A stretch of DNA of 64,000 bases, from NCBI GenBank assembly GCA_963762565.1, contig CAVXLD010000001.1, positions 992,001 through 1,056,000 of the forward strand, in the 5' to 3' direction. This stretch comes from an uncultured Verrucomicrobiae bacterium (lineage in GTDB: Bacteria; Verrucomicrobiota; Verrucomicrobiia; Chthoniobacterales; JAFAMB01). The translations under genes were made by a program, and so were the position numbers. Positions 39,038-49,281 of this stretch are shown one piece after another (position 1 is the stretch's first letter; each line of letters starts with the position of its first letter). Under the pieces are notes generated by a model. It saw nothing but the letters and a program-made list of their open reading frames with translations. It searched no databases and was not told where the DNA came from.

Positions 39038-39901
39038 CTAGCCCCCGCCGATCTGTTTAGCGGCGAGAGCGAAGACAAAAATGGCAAACGCGATGCAGTA
39101 AACGCCAAAGAATCTCCAGCGCCCGGTCTCAAGCCAGTGAGACAGCAAGCGCAGCGCCAGCAGCCCGGCAATGAAGCTGACCACCATGCCGATGATTCCC
39201 GGCAGTGCCAGTGGTAGCAGGCTTGAAACCTTGGTTGCCTCAGGGTGAGTCTTTACCAACCGCCACAGTTCACGCGCCATGGCCGGAGGCGTGATGATGA
39301 CCGCCAACGCAAAACTGAACTCTTCCATCCGCGACCGGCCAATTCCGGCAAGGAGCCCCGTTGAAATGGTCGCTCCGGAACGAGAAAGCCCTCGAAACGG
39401 GATACAAACGCCTTGCACCGCCCCGACCAAACAAGCCGAAGTATTCGAGACGTCATGTCCTTGCCTCGGTCCAGGTGCGCGAATCGCGGACACAATGATT
39501 AAAACACCGGTAATGAGCAGAGCGATCCCCAGCAAGGGTAACTGCGAAAACAGAGTCTCAATATCGCCCCCCTTCAGAAAAATCTTTTCGATCACGAGTG
39601 TTAACGGCAGCCCTACAATCGCGGTACAGATGGTTGCCAGAACCACTTCCCGAATTGTGGCGATTAAAATCGCCCTGCTGGCAAAGTATCTTCTAAGCCA
39701 AGCGTTCCAGAAATAGACAATCACGGCAAACATCGTCCCCGTGTGCAACATCACTAGCACAAAGGTCCATTCGGGGCTAGACGGGTCCAACCCCAATAAC
39801 TTCTCGACCACAATCACGTGAGCAGAACTGGATACCGGGAGCAATTCCGCGGCGCCTTGGACCAGTCCTAGAAGCAAGATCTGCAGCAAATGCACGGGCA
39901 T
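39038..39901 (-). CDS. uppP: Undecaprenyl-diphosphate phosphatase
   Basis: LGLVQGAAELLPVSSSAH, LHTGT, GLSRSGATI, EEFSFAL; start at ATG 39901. Confidence 0.93.
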   Translation of the reverse strand: MPVHLLQILLLGLVQGAAELLPVSSSAHVIVVEKLLGLDPSSPEWTFVLVMLHTGTMFAVIVYFWNAWLRRYFASRAILIATIREVVLATICTAIVGLPLTLVIEKIFLKGGDIETLFSQLPLLGIALLITGVLIIVSAIRAPGPRQGHDVSNTSACLVGAVQGVCIPFRGLSRSGATISTGLLAGIGRSRMEEFSFALAVIITPPAMARELWRLVKTHPEATKVSSLLPLALPGIIGMVVSFIAGLLALRLLSHWLETGRWRFFGVYCIAFAIFVFALAAKQIGGG

Positions 39902-40010
39902 GAATATGTTTCCTGAAGAATCGCTCGCTCCTTCGACGTTTTGGCCCCCGGTTGCAACCAATTTTTGTGTAGGTAGGCCGGAAATTCGGACCAGACGAGG
40001 CACGGCGGAT

Positions 40011-40258
40011 GTGAAGCGCGCCTCGCTTGCGAGGCCGTGGTGAGCAAGGAGACAAAATAAGGCAGGTCCCTGCCGGCGTCTGCGCTCTGTACCGCCGCGA
40101 CGAACAGACAACGGCGCTGTCGCTGGAATCTCGCAGGTTGAATCCATGGAAACACGAGACAGCTCCGCAGTCGAAATTACATAGTGCAGCTCAGACTATG
40201 GAGGGCCTCACTCTCTCGCCCTGGTCACCAACGGCCTCGCAAGCGAGGCACGCTCCAC
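40011..40258. repeat. REPIN-like element, family D copy 2
   Basis: GTGAAGCGCGCCTCGCTTGCGAGGCCGTGGTGA versus TCACCAACGGCCTCGCAAGCGAGGCACGCTCCAC. Confidence 0.82.
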
Positions 40259-40262
40259 AGGG

Positions 40263-40896
40263 CGCCCTACCAAGTCTCCTCGCTCGCCTTTTGCGACCGG
40301 GTCAAGTCGGCAGCATCGCAGTTTGCGATGGAGCGTTCTTCCCGCCGTTAACCTTGACGTCTGAGACTGCATTTTTCTGCAGACTTCTTCAGAACAGCGT
40401 TCCCCTCGGACGTTGCCGGTTGGTAACGAAACCGCCATCCCTTAGACGCCGGTTTTGCTGGGTCCTGGCTTGTAGGGCGAGGCTCCCGATGACCGAAACG
40501 CGCGCAGAGCGAAATGGATTTCGGCGGTTGTGACATGCACCGTCTAAGATCTGCCGAGCCGTTTGTGGCGCGACCACGGCTCGGCAGCTTTCAGTTATTG
40601 CCTCCCATATACCGACGAAGTGCCGTTCGGCGTCGCGACCTCTCTCGGCTATCACGGAGTCCGTCTCCGCCAAGCTTACGGCGCGGCAAGCTCTCGCCCT
40701 ACCAGCCTCCTCGCTCGCCTTTTGCGACGGGGCAGGTCGGCGACATCGCAGTTCGCGATGGAGCATTCTTCCGACCGTTGCGCTTGACGTCTGAGACTAC
40801 ATTTTTCTGCAAACGTCACCAGATCTTTTCCCCCTAGGACATTACCGATCGGTAACGAAACAGTCATCTCTTAGACGGGGCTGGTCCTTGGCTTGC
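40263..40896 (+). repeat. Diverged ~200-bp direct duplication (40263-40472 and 40695-40896) flanking a family B element (40471-40704)
   Basis: Shared blocks CGCCCTACCA, CTCCTCGCTCGCCTTTTGCGAC, CATCGCAGTTyGCGATGGAGC, CTTGACGTCTGAGACT, GGTAACGAAAC, CTTAGACG, TGGCTTG. Confidence 0.85.
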
Positions 40897-40904
40897 TTCC
40901 TGCA
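40889..40904 (+). promoter_or_regulatory. sigma54-type (-24/-12) promoter of the porin pseudogene
   Basis: TGGCTTGCTTCCTGCA, GG-N10-GC spacing, about 56 nt before ATG 40961. Confidence 0.55.
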
Positions 40905-40960
40905 TGGCGCGGGGAGAGATAGGAGTGGATGGTGTGTTGGGGTAAAAACAGTGGGTCTGG

Positions 40961-42359
40961 ATGAAGGATGGACTGAAACCAGACAGGCGACTAATTCTTG
41001 GACTCGGAGTGGTTCTTATGTTTTCCCAAGCCCGTCTTTATGCCGGTGACGGAACCGCTGCTGCAGCCCAAGCCCACGTCGAGCCCGGCAACCTACGAAC
41101 CCTTGATACCGGTTTGTTCGACGCGTTCAAACAAGCGTTGACCAGCCCGCCTATACACCGCCTGAACCGGGATCACACCAACTCAACGACATGGCGCTTA
41201 TCCGTCGCCTTTCGATGATCCGCCATTCTTTACTCAGACTACCAGGTTGGCGGCACTCCCGTTATCGGCGATCACAACGAGGCCACTCTCTGGCCTTTGA
41301 TGAAGGCGATCTATGGGAGCGGAACCTTCGGGCAATGGCTGAAGGACAACCGCATCAATCTCTATGGCTGGGTGGAAGGAGGGTACAACGTCAGCTCTTC
41401 GAGTCACTCAAACGTCCCAGAGGCCTACGATATACGACCCGATCAACCGGAGCTGACCAGGCCGTTGTTTACCTCGAACGCTTGCCCGACGAATTCCAGA
41501 CAGATCATATGGACTGGGGCTTTCGCGTCTCTGCGATGTACGGCCTAGATTACCGGTTCACCATCTCCAGAGGCCTCTTCAGCTCGCAGTTGCTAAAATA
41601 TAACGAGAAGTACGGCTTCGACATGCCGATGATCTATTTCGACTGGTACATCCCGGGGTTTTTCGACGGAGTGAACATTCGAATCGGCCGGTACATTTCT
41701 CTTCCCGATATCGAAGCCCAGCTCGCCCCGAACAACCCGATGTATACTCACTCGCTTCTTTACACGTTCGATCCGTTCACCCAGGAAGGGATCATGACGT
41801 CGATTAAGCTGAGTCCCAATTGGACCTTTCAATTCGGAGTTAGTGCGGGTAACGACCAGGCAATCTGGGATTCTCAGCGAGGCTAACCGGCACGGTAATG
41901 CTGCAATGGATCTCCTCTACCAATATGGACTCTGTGTACATCGCAGTAATTCGTTCAATGACGGTGAGTACTCTTACAACAATCTTCAGGACTACGTCGC
42001 AACCTGGACGCACAAGTTCAATGATATCGTCAATACGCAAACCGAGGCCTGGTTCATGTACATGAAGGGCGTACCGGGAATCGGCTGGTCGCCTGAATGG
42101 GCCGTGGTCAACTACACCTTCTTCCGGGTATCGAAGAACGTTTTTTTCACTGTCCGAAACGAGTACTTTGACGATGCCTCAGGCCAAAGAACCGGCGTAA
42201 AAGACGTCTATTCCGAGCACGCGATCGGCTTCACCTGGTGGCCAAACAGCATCACCACTATCCGGCCGGAGCTCCGCTTTGACGCGCCTATCAGCGAGAA
42301 GCCTACGACAATCAAACCGCAAGAACCAGTAATACGTCGACATGATCGTGCATTTCTGA
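40961..42359 (+). pseudogene. Outer-membrane beta-barrel (BBP2/DUF1597-like porin) broken by many frameshifts
   Basis: Fragments in different frames: signal peptide; INLYGWVEGGYN; DQAVVYLERLP..DWGF; NPMYTHS; RNEYFDD..GQRTG; IRPELRFD; ends DMIVHF* at 42359. Similar to the intact neighbour. Confidence 0.8.
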
Positions 42360-42406
42360 TTTGGCGCCACAACCTCTTCGCAGGGCAGAGCAGGGCAGAC
42401 ATACCA

Positions 42407-42431
42407 GTCCGGGGCGCTCAGCGCCCCGGAC
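42407..42431. terminator. GC-rich hairpin between convergent porin genes
   Basis: GTCCGGGGCGC-TCA-GCGCCCCGGAC, perfect 11-bp stem, no strong U-tract. Confidence 0.45.
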
Positions 42432-42446
42432 CCATCTTCTCACTCA

Positions 42447-43730
42447 CTAAAACTCCAGGATGATGTCGAGCCCCAGAGTCCATTGACTCTGAGACGAGCC
42501 CTGAGCGAACGGTTGGCTGTTGTTCAACGCCCGGTCGTAGCGTGCTTCAGGTCGAATCAACAGACCAGCTAGCGGTTTAGGCACCGGAGGTTTAATGGTA
42601 ACGCCCAAAGTCGTTTCGAAATACGTCGTGTTCCCACCACTGTAGTCACTTGGGTCAGACGGAATTGGGTCTCCTCGCTCAAGATGAATGAAATCGTTGT
42701 TATCCGCAAATTCGGCTACGAAGAAACCCTTGTCATCCCGCCAGATCTCACTTCTAAGGCCAAGGGTTAACCAGTCGTTAACTGCGTAAGTAAAATATTG
42801 AGCAACACCGCCGGCCCAGGCATTTACCGATGCCTCGTAGACGAAGTTAATATCAGTGATCCAGGTTAAAGCTTTCGTTACCTTCCAGGTGGTTGTTATA
42901 TCATTTAAATAGCGATAGTCATGATTGTTGCCTGGGTCTTCCGGTCCGATGTGAGTCAAAGCGACGGTAGCCAAATTTCCATCCAGCAGGTTCAAGCCGA
43001 AACCTCCTTCAAAGGCAAGGGAACTATTATTGTCTTTGAAAGTGGCGTTCTCACCTCGATTGAGTCCGCCATACAAGTCGAGGTATTTGTTGACGTGAAA
43101 AATGGCGAGGAACCCGGTATCAGTAGTTGGCACGCCAAAGTTAAAGATGTAGCTGTGCGAATAGAATACGTTGTTCCGCGGATCGATGGTTTCAGCGCTC
43201 ATAGGGTCGGCATATTTTCCGACTTTGAGGTCGAGTCCTCCGGTCGTGCCGATCGGGATGTGCGCACTGACATAAACTTCAGGAAAATCCGGCTGTATCC
43301 GAGAGTCGGTCGCTAGGTCCAGAAGTCCCATCGACTTTGTATAACGAGAATCGCTTCCTTCCATGAACCAAGCCTTGAAGCCCCAATCAAAGCCGGTCGC
43401 GTTCGGATCTAAGGCACGTTCCGCGACAATTGAGACTTGGTTCAAGAGCGGTTCGTTTGCCCGATCTGTATACAAATGCCCAAAGTTATGGTTATCGATT
43501 GGCGAATCCGGGTTTCCCGTAATTCCTCCCTCAATCCAGCCGTAGAGTTTGAATCGGGGCTCTGGCGGCTTCGGCGTTTCGACTGCCTTCTTTCCATCCT
43601 TTACTGCTTTACCGTCTGGCGCCGGCGAGGGTGAAGTTGCCACGGTCTGGCTAAAGGCCGGCGGACAAAAACTTAAAACGCACAGCAGCCCGAAGGCAGC
43701 CGCCGCAGCACGTCGTTGTGCGACTCTCAT
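42447..43730 (-). CDS. Outer-membrane beta-barrel protein (BBP2/DUF1597-like porin)
   Basis: Signal peptide, KLYGWIEGG, FDWGFK, NVFYSHSY, IRPEARYD, terminal Phe. Confidence 0.85.
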   Translation of the reverse strand: MRVAQRRAAAAAFGLLCVLSFCPPAFSQTVATSPSPAPDGKAVKDGKKAVETPKPPEPRFKLYGWIEGGITGNPDSPIDNHNFGHLYTDRANEPLLNQVSIVAERALDPNATGFDWGFKAWFMEGSDSRYTKSMGLLDLATDSRIQPDFPEVYVSAHIPIGTTGGLDLKVGKYADPMSAETIDPRNNVFYSHSYIFNFGVPTTDTGFLAIFHVNKYLDLYGGLNRGENATFKDNNSSLAFEGGFGLNLLDGNLATVALTHIGPEDPGNNHDYRYLNDITTTWKVTKALTWITDINFVYEASVNAWAGGVAQYFTYAVNDWLTLGLRSEIWRDDKGFFVAEFADNNDFIHLERGDPIPSDPSDYSGGNTTYFETTLGVTIKPPVPKPLAGLLIRPEARYDRALNNSQPFAQGSSQSQWTLGLDIILEF

Positions 43731-43861
43731 GAATTGATTTCTTTCCAATGATATAGAGGCGGCTCAGATCCTATGCTAAAGCCGCTGTTGGTTAAGGTGG
43801 TTAAGGCTAAGGATGAATCCCTTTGGAGACTGACAACTATGTTTTACCCGAATGCCCAGAC

Positions 43862-43877
43862 AGCAGGAAACCTACCA
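43862..43877 (-). promoter_or_regulatory. sigma54-type promoter of the intact porin
   Basis: Minus strand TGGTAGGTTTCCTGCT (GG-N10-GC). Confidence 0.5.
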
Positions 43878-44175
43878 ATCGACAGGAAGCACCCATCAAA
43901 ATGCATTTAGTAAACCAAAATAACGGGTTCGTACCGTGAGGGTTAACGCTGTTGCTCGATCCCGAGCTCGACGTTAAGAGGCACGCTACTTCTCCCTTTG
44001 CTCCGCATATGTACTCTCGCTTTTGCGAGTTTTCTTTCCTGCGAAGATCGCAATTTTCACCGCTCAGCACCAACCACGAGAGCCACTCCTTTCGGGCGCT
44101 TTCGTGGGTGATCACCGCCGCAAGCCGAGCTCCCCTGTTTATCTAGGGAGCGCGGCTTTAAGGACGCCGGTCGCG

Positions 44176-46011
44176 TTATGCGTTGGACGGCACCAAGACA
44201 GATTTTGCCTTCTTTTTACTGGCGCCCAAGAAATAGAACGCGCCGTAGAGACCCCAAACCGCAGCAATTGCTAGCGCCACATAAGGCTCCTTAAAACTCA
44301 TGCCCGCGACCGAGAACGGTCCGATCAAGTAGAAGAGCATACAAAGCAGATTCGCGACCAGACCGAACACTGGCACCACGACGTGCTTAAATCCATGGAA
44401 GGAGTGATGCTCCCGAAAGGCAACAATCGCCAGGATACAGGTCATCATGTAGAGCAAGAACGTACCGAAGTTGCTCGTCAGTGTGATGATGAGCAAGCTT
44501 TGCGGTATGTTAACCGCCATGTCATGAGGCCAGACACCGAACGAATACCAGAAATTCTTCGGAAGGGCGTTGATTGCGTCCGTGGTTTGGGCAGCTCCGC
44601 CGCAGAAGTAGAAGATTACTCCAAAGATACCAATGATGATCGAGATAATGGCTAACGTCCAAATCGACCGGTACGGTGTCAGGTTTTTCGGATGGAGCAC
44701 ACCCAGGTTACCAGCGAGCTCGTCGTCGCGACCCATAGCGTAGGTGACGCGCGCTCCGGTGTTAATACACGCCAGGGTTGTACCGATGAGTGCAAGAAAA
44801 ACGGTGATTGCTTGGATGAACATGAACCACCATCCCGCTTGCGCGCTACCAAAAACCCAGGTGCCAACGATCTGCATCATATCTCCGATCGGCGCCGGCG
44901 ATGCGGAAGCTGTCGTGGCCGTGTAACCGCTGTTCAAAAAGAAGTTCGCTCCAAAATATTCGAACAGGTAACAGAATGCGCCCTGAATCGCGAGCGATAG
45001 CAGCACAGCTCGAGGGATATCCCGCTTGGCGTTCTTCGCCTCTTCACCCATCGACGTAACCGATTCGAATCCGACGAGAATGAGAATAGCAATACACGCC
45101 TGGACGAATACAAAACTGAATCCGTGCGGAGCAATCACCGAAGCCGCATCAGGATGAAACTCAAAAGTATCCGCCGGATTCTTTGGGTCGCTCCCTTTGT
45201 CGACGGCGTGATCCGGCGCATAGGTCAGGGTGTAATCTTTGTCGGTGCCGTCAGCATTTTTTTCGAAGACGAAATTTCCGTCTTTATCCTTCACCGGACC
45301 CGTGGTTTCGACCCCTTTATCATCCTTGGTTGTCGCCGTCGCGATCACCTTTGAAATCGGGGTTCCGTTCGGATCCAGCGTGATCCCTTTTGACCCCTCC
45401 ACGTGATTTATGCGATACGCAATCGCAATCACTGTGAATACGATGAGCGCCGAGATCTGGATCACATTGATGGCGAGGTTCACCGCGGTTGAGGCGTTCA
45501 CCCCGGAATAAGCAATCCATCCCACAAACAACGGGAAAACGACACAGAACAGGATCATCAAAACCGGACTCGGTGTCGCCGCGCTGAACACGCTGGGAAA
45601 TAACTGGCCAGCGAGATATCCGACCAGCAGTGCGGTCACGGTCACCATCACTCCCGGGTATACCCAGTAGTAGAGGTGACTGGCCCAGCCCACGGTAAAC
45701 TTCGCAATCCGAGCGAACTTGAAGGCTTTCGATTTCGATAGGAAAGCCTGTTCGGCGAAGAAGTACGATGATCCCGCGCCGGGATACAGTTTAGAAAGCT
45801 CGGCATAAGAGATGGCCGTCGCGAAACAAAGCAACAGCGCCAATAAAATGCCGAACCACATCCCAATTGCGGCCATAGGTTGGCCGTAGAGACATTGTTG
45901 AGCAAAGGTCAACCAAAGGAATGCACCAGGCGCAATCAGTGCCATGGCATTCACGGTTAGACCGGTTAAGCCGAGAGTCGGCTTGGTTTGAGGTGCAGGG
46001 GTTTCTGACAT
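44176..46011 (-). CDS. APC family amino acid/amine permease
   Basis: About 12 TM; SYAELSKLYPGAGSSY, VGFES...GEEAKNAKRDIPRA, ARVTYAMGRD; large extracytoplasmic loop. Confidence 0.9.
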   Translation of the reverse strand: MSETPAPQTKPTLGLTGLTVNAMALIAPGAFLWLTFAQQCLYGQPMAAIGMWFGILLALLLCFATAISYAELSKLYPGAGSSYFFAEQAFLSKSKAFKFARIAKFTVGWASHLYYWVYPGVMVTVTALLVGYLAGQLFPSVFSAATPSPVLMILFCVVFPLFVGWIAYSGVNASTAVNLAINVIQISALIVFTVIAIAYRINHVEGSKGITLDPNGTPISKVIATATTKDDKGVETTGPVKDKDGNFVFEKNADGTDKDYTLTYAPDHAVDKGSDPKNPADTFEFHPDAASVIAPHGFSFVFVQACIAILILVGFESVTSMGEEAKNAKRDIPRAVLLSLAIQGAFCYLFEYFGANFFLNSGYTATTASASPAPIGDMMQIVGTWVFGSAQAGWWFMFIQAITVFLALIGTTLACINTGARVTYAMGRDDELAGNLGVLHPKNLTPYRSIWTLAIISIIIGIFGVIFYFCGGAAQTTDAINALPKNFWYSFGVWPHDMAVNIPQSLLIITLTSNFGTFLLYMMTCILAIVAFREHHSFHGFKHVVVPVFGLVANLLCMLFYLIGPFSVAGMSFKEPYVALAIAAVWGLYGAFYFLGASKKKAKSVLVPSNA

Positions 46012-46028
46012 ACCGCGGAGTGCGTCTA

Positions 46029-46044
46029 AGCAGCAGTCATGCCA
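46029..46044 (-). promoter_or_regulatory. sigma54-type promoter of the APC permease
   Basis: Minus strand TGGCATGACTGCTGCT (GG-N10-GC). Confidence 0.65.
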
Positions 46045-46324
46045 ATCGCCGGATAACCACCTATTCCCCTCCAGAAATTGGGTTATTGCCTCAAATCCGT
46101 CACATCCGAGTTTTTTACGATCTAAATTGATTAAAAACAGACACGCCTGACCACTATCATGCAGTCCGGGTCCAGTTTATTTTTGTTCTTCTGCGGTTGA
46201 CGATCTTTCTCAGTTTCATCTTTCTGCAGAAATGCGGCTGAACCGAGGATGGCCCTAGTACATTGTCTTTGTCCACCCGAACTCAGGTCTACTATGTTAA
46301 CGCAACTGATTGATCCGGAAGCCT

Positions 46325-47284
46325 ATGGTTAAGTCTTTTCACGATCTATCCGACAAAGAAATCCTCGCTCTAGCCATCTCCCTGGAGGAAGAGGATGGAA
46401 AAATCTACGGAGAGTTTGCTGACCGCCTCAAAGAGAATTTCCCGGCGACCGCTTCCTCGCTCGAGTTGATGCGCCAGCAGGAATCCAGTCATCGGCGACA
46501 ATTGATCGATCTGTTTCAGCAACGGTTTGGCGAAAAAATTCCTCTAATTAGACGACAGGATGTAAAGGGATTCATCCATCGCCCGCCTATCTGGCTGAAC
46601 CCGACTTTGTCGCCTAAACGCGTTCGGAACCAGGTCCAGACGATGGAATCGGAGACTCGACGATTCTACCAGCGGGCTCTAGCCAGGACTACGGACGCAG
46701 AAACCCGCAAACTGCTCGGCGATCTAGTAGCGACCGAAACGGAGCACGAACATTTCGCGATCGAAGAGATGAGCCGAAAAGACAAAGAAGGCGCCAGGGA
46801 GGCTGAAGATGAATCGGCTCGAAGACTTTTTGTTCTCCAGGTGGTCCAGCCCGGCCTGGCAGGCTTAATGGATGGCTCGGTTTCAACATTAGCCCCGGTG
46901 TTTGCCGCCGCTTTTGCGACCCGAAACAGTTGGGACGCCTTTTTGGTAGGGATCGCGGCTTCGGTCGGAGCGGGTATCAGCATGGGATTTGCCGAATCGC
47001 TCTCTGACGATGGCGCGCTGAGCGGTCGCGGCCAACCGGTGGTGCGCGGTGTAGTATGCGGACTAATGACCACTCTGGGAGGTATCGGCCACACGTTACC
47101 GTTCCTGATTCCGACTTTTTTATGGGCCACAGCCATCGCCGTGGTCGTAGTCGCCATTGAGCTCGGCGTTATCGCGTGGATCCGCAATCATTTCATGGAT
47201 ACCCCTTTGCTGTCGGCAATCTTCCAGGTCGTCCTCGGCGGTGTCCTTGTATTTATCGCTGGTATCTTGATTGGGTCTGCGTGA
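46325..47284 (+). CDS. mbfA: Iron exporter MbfA (rubrerythrin-like + VIT1/CCC1)
   Basis: [14 protein letters not shown] motifs, [30 protein letters not shown]. Confidence 0.92.
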   Translation: MVKSFHDLSDKEILALAISLEEEDGKIYGEFADRLKENFPATASSLELMRQQESSHRRQLIDLFQQRFGEKIPLIRRQDVKGFIHRPPIWLNPTLSPKRVRNQVQTMESETRRFYQRALARTTDAETRKLLGDLVATETEHEHFAIEEMSRKDKEGAREAEDESARRLFVLQVVQPGLAGLMDGSVSTLAPVFAAAFATRNSWDAFLVGIAASVGAGISMGFAESLSDDGALSGRGQPVVRGVVCGLMTTLGGIGHTLPFLIPTFLWATAIAVVVVAIELGVIAWIRNHFMDTPLLSAIFQVVLGGVLVFIAGILIGSA

Positions 47285-47407
47285 GAGGCGTCAGCGAATC
47301 GTCCTCGTCGTCCCGCCTCCGCAAGGCCTACGGCGCGGCAGGCTGTCCTCGTCCTCGAAAGATGTTTTTGGCCGAGAGGATTTTTCTAAGACTGCGTTTG
47401 ATTTGGT

Positions 47408-47685
47408 CCCATGACACCTGGAGGGGAGCCGCTTCGTAGGACGGCAGGTCTATAGGTCGGCAGCCACCGAAAGGCTTCGGGGCGGGCAGGCGGCTCCCGG
47501 GAACTACCCAACGTCAGGCCTTTACCAAGCAGCGCCTATATTAAGCCCACCAAATTCAGAAACGCCTACAGATCTGCCGGGTTATGGGTCATTCCCGGGA
47601 GCCGCTTGTTTACCCCGAAGCCTTTCGGTGGCTGCCATCCGCTAGACTTGCCACGCTACAAAGCGGCTCCCCTCCAGGCGCTGGG
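47408..47685. repeat. REPIN-like nested palindrome, family A copy 4
   Basis: CCTGGAGGGGAGCCGCTT...GGCAGCCACCGAAAGGCTTCGGGG...GGCGGCTCCCGGGAA versus TTCCCGGGAGCCGC...CCCCGAAGCCTTTCGGTGGCTGCC...AAGCGGCTCCCCTCCAGG. Confidence 0.87.
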
Positions 47686-47928
47686 TACGGGAACCCCACA
47701 GATCGCAGCCGCCCAATCGAGAACGATGACGATTTACGGCCCCAAAAGAATCGCCCATCCCTTCTTTGCATTCGCAGTCGATCGCAACTTCTCTATAATC
47801 GCGTCGACTTTAGAAATGCGAGATAGCCGCCCCCAGAGCTCATCATCGGTTTCGCACATCGGCGAAGCCGCGTCGTCCAGAGATGAATTCTACCCGGGCC
47901 ACTGAACCCGTTGATTAGGACTTAGCAC

Positions 47929-49167
47929 ATGCCCTGGAACGAACTCCGAAACCTGACCCGAAAACAATGGAATGCGATCATCGCCTGCTACCTCGGCTGG
48001 ACGCTGGACGCGTTTGACTATTTCATCCTCGTCTTCGTGTTCCCAGACATTGGCAAAACGTTCGGGGTCGAACATACCACCGTTACCTACGCGGTCTGGC
48101 TTACCCTCGCGATGCGGCCGATCGGCGCTTTTCTATTCGGAATATTGGCCGACCGATTTGGCCGGCGCCCCACGCTGATGCTCGACATCATCTGCTACTC
48201 CGTTCTGGGATTCGCTAGCGGCTTCGTAACCTCCCTGGGAATGCTTTATCTTGTGCGCGCACTTTTCGGGATCGCCATGGGCGGAGAATGGGGCGTCGGT
48301 TCTTCCCTGACCATGGAGACAATCCCGCCTTCCGCTCGAGGCCTCATTTCCGGCCTTCTACAAGCCGGTTATCCTTCCGGCTATTTACTCGCATCGATCG
48401 CCTACGGGCTGCTTTTTGATCATATCGGGTGGCGTGGAATGTTCATGATCGGTGTACTCCCAGCGCTACTCGTGGTCTTCGTCCGAGCGGGCGTCGACGA
48501 ATCACCTTCCTGGCTGGAGAGAAAACCGAGCACCATGCAGATCGTTGGATCGGTCGCCCGTCATTTTCCGCTCTTCATCTTCGTGGTGCTATTGATGACG
48601 GCTTTCAATCTCTACAGCCACGGGACTCAGGACGTTTATCCCGCCTTCCTGAAGGTGCAGCACAAGTTCAATTCAGAAACGATCGGTATAATCAATGCCG
48701 TCGCCGCCATCGGAGCGATTCTTGGTGGCCTGGTATTTGGCGGGTTTTCCCAGCAGATCGGCCGGCGGAAAGCCATCGTGATTGCTGCTCTCATTTCCAT
48801 CTTGGTTATTCCGATGTGGGCGGGCGCTTTATGGGACATTGCCCCCGTCCTGACCGTGGGCGCATTCTTAATGCAGTTCATGGTCCAAGGGGCCTGGGGA
48901 GTTATCCCGGCTCATCTCAACGAGCTATCGCCTAATGACGTCCGGGGCACGTTCCCCGGATTTGGATATCAGATCGGCAATTTCTTTGCCGCCGGAATCC
49001 TGACGTTTCAAACCGGTGTAGCCGAGGCGCATAGCAACAACTTCGGCGGTGTCATGGCCATCGTCACGGGTGTGGTCGCGGTAGCCGTCGCCCTGTTCGC
49101 GGGTTTCGGCCCACAGGCGAAAGAAGTTCAATTCAGCGGCACAACCGCGTCAGCATCGACGGAATGA
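47929..49167 (+). CDS. MFS transporter, JEN/NanT (carboxylate/sialate:H+) family
   Basis: GWTLDAFD, RPIGA..FG.LADRFGRR, GIAMGGEWG, NLYSHGTQDVYP, GAWGVIPAHLNELSP. Confidence 0.9.
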   Translation: MPWNELRNLTRKQWNAIIACYLGWTLDAFDYFILVFVFPDIGKTFGVEHTTVTYAVWLTLAMRPIGAFLFGILADRFGRRPTLMLDIICYSVLGFASGFVTSLGMLYLVRALFGIAMGGEWGVGSSLTMETIPPSARGLISGLLQAGYPSGYLLASIAYGLLFDHIGWRGMFMIGVLPALLVVFVRAGVDESPSWLERKPSTMQIVGSVARHFPLFIFVVLLMTAFNLYSHGTQDVYPAFLKVQHKFNSETIGIINAVAAIGAILGGLVFGGFSQQIGRRKAIVIAALISILVIPMWAGALWDIAPVLTVGAFLMQFMVQGAWGVIPAHLNELSPNDVRGTFPGFGYQIGNFFAAGILTFQTGVAEAHSNNFGGVMAIVTGVVAVAVALFAGFGPQAKEVQFSGTTASASTE

Positions 49168-49281
49168 CAAATAACAAATGACAGATGACAGATCGCGGCT
49201 TTCCCTGTCCGAAGGACGATCTGGCGTCGGTATTACTGCTTACTGCTTACTGCTTACTTTCCCAGCGGTTCGTTGCACCCC

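Noticed and set aside
39902..40147. N-terminal extension of UppP in the ORF track
   Set aside because: It runs through a family D repeat; homology begins at ATG 39901.
40263..40877. Hammerhead ribozyme in the duplicated unit (CTGAGA...CGAAAC)
   Set aside because: No CUGANGA directly precedes the stem that closes on GAAA, so the core cannot be assembled.
4781..47685. Repeated GGAGCCGC blocks as a CRISPR array
   Set aside because: Copies are dispersed and inverted, not regularly spaced direct repeats, and no cas genes are present.
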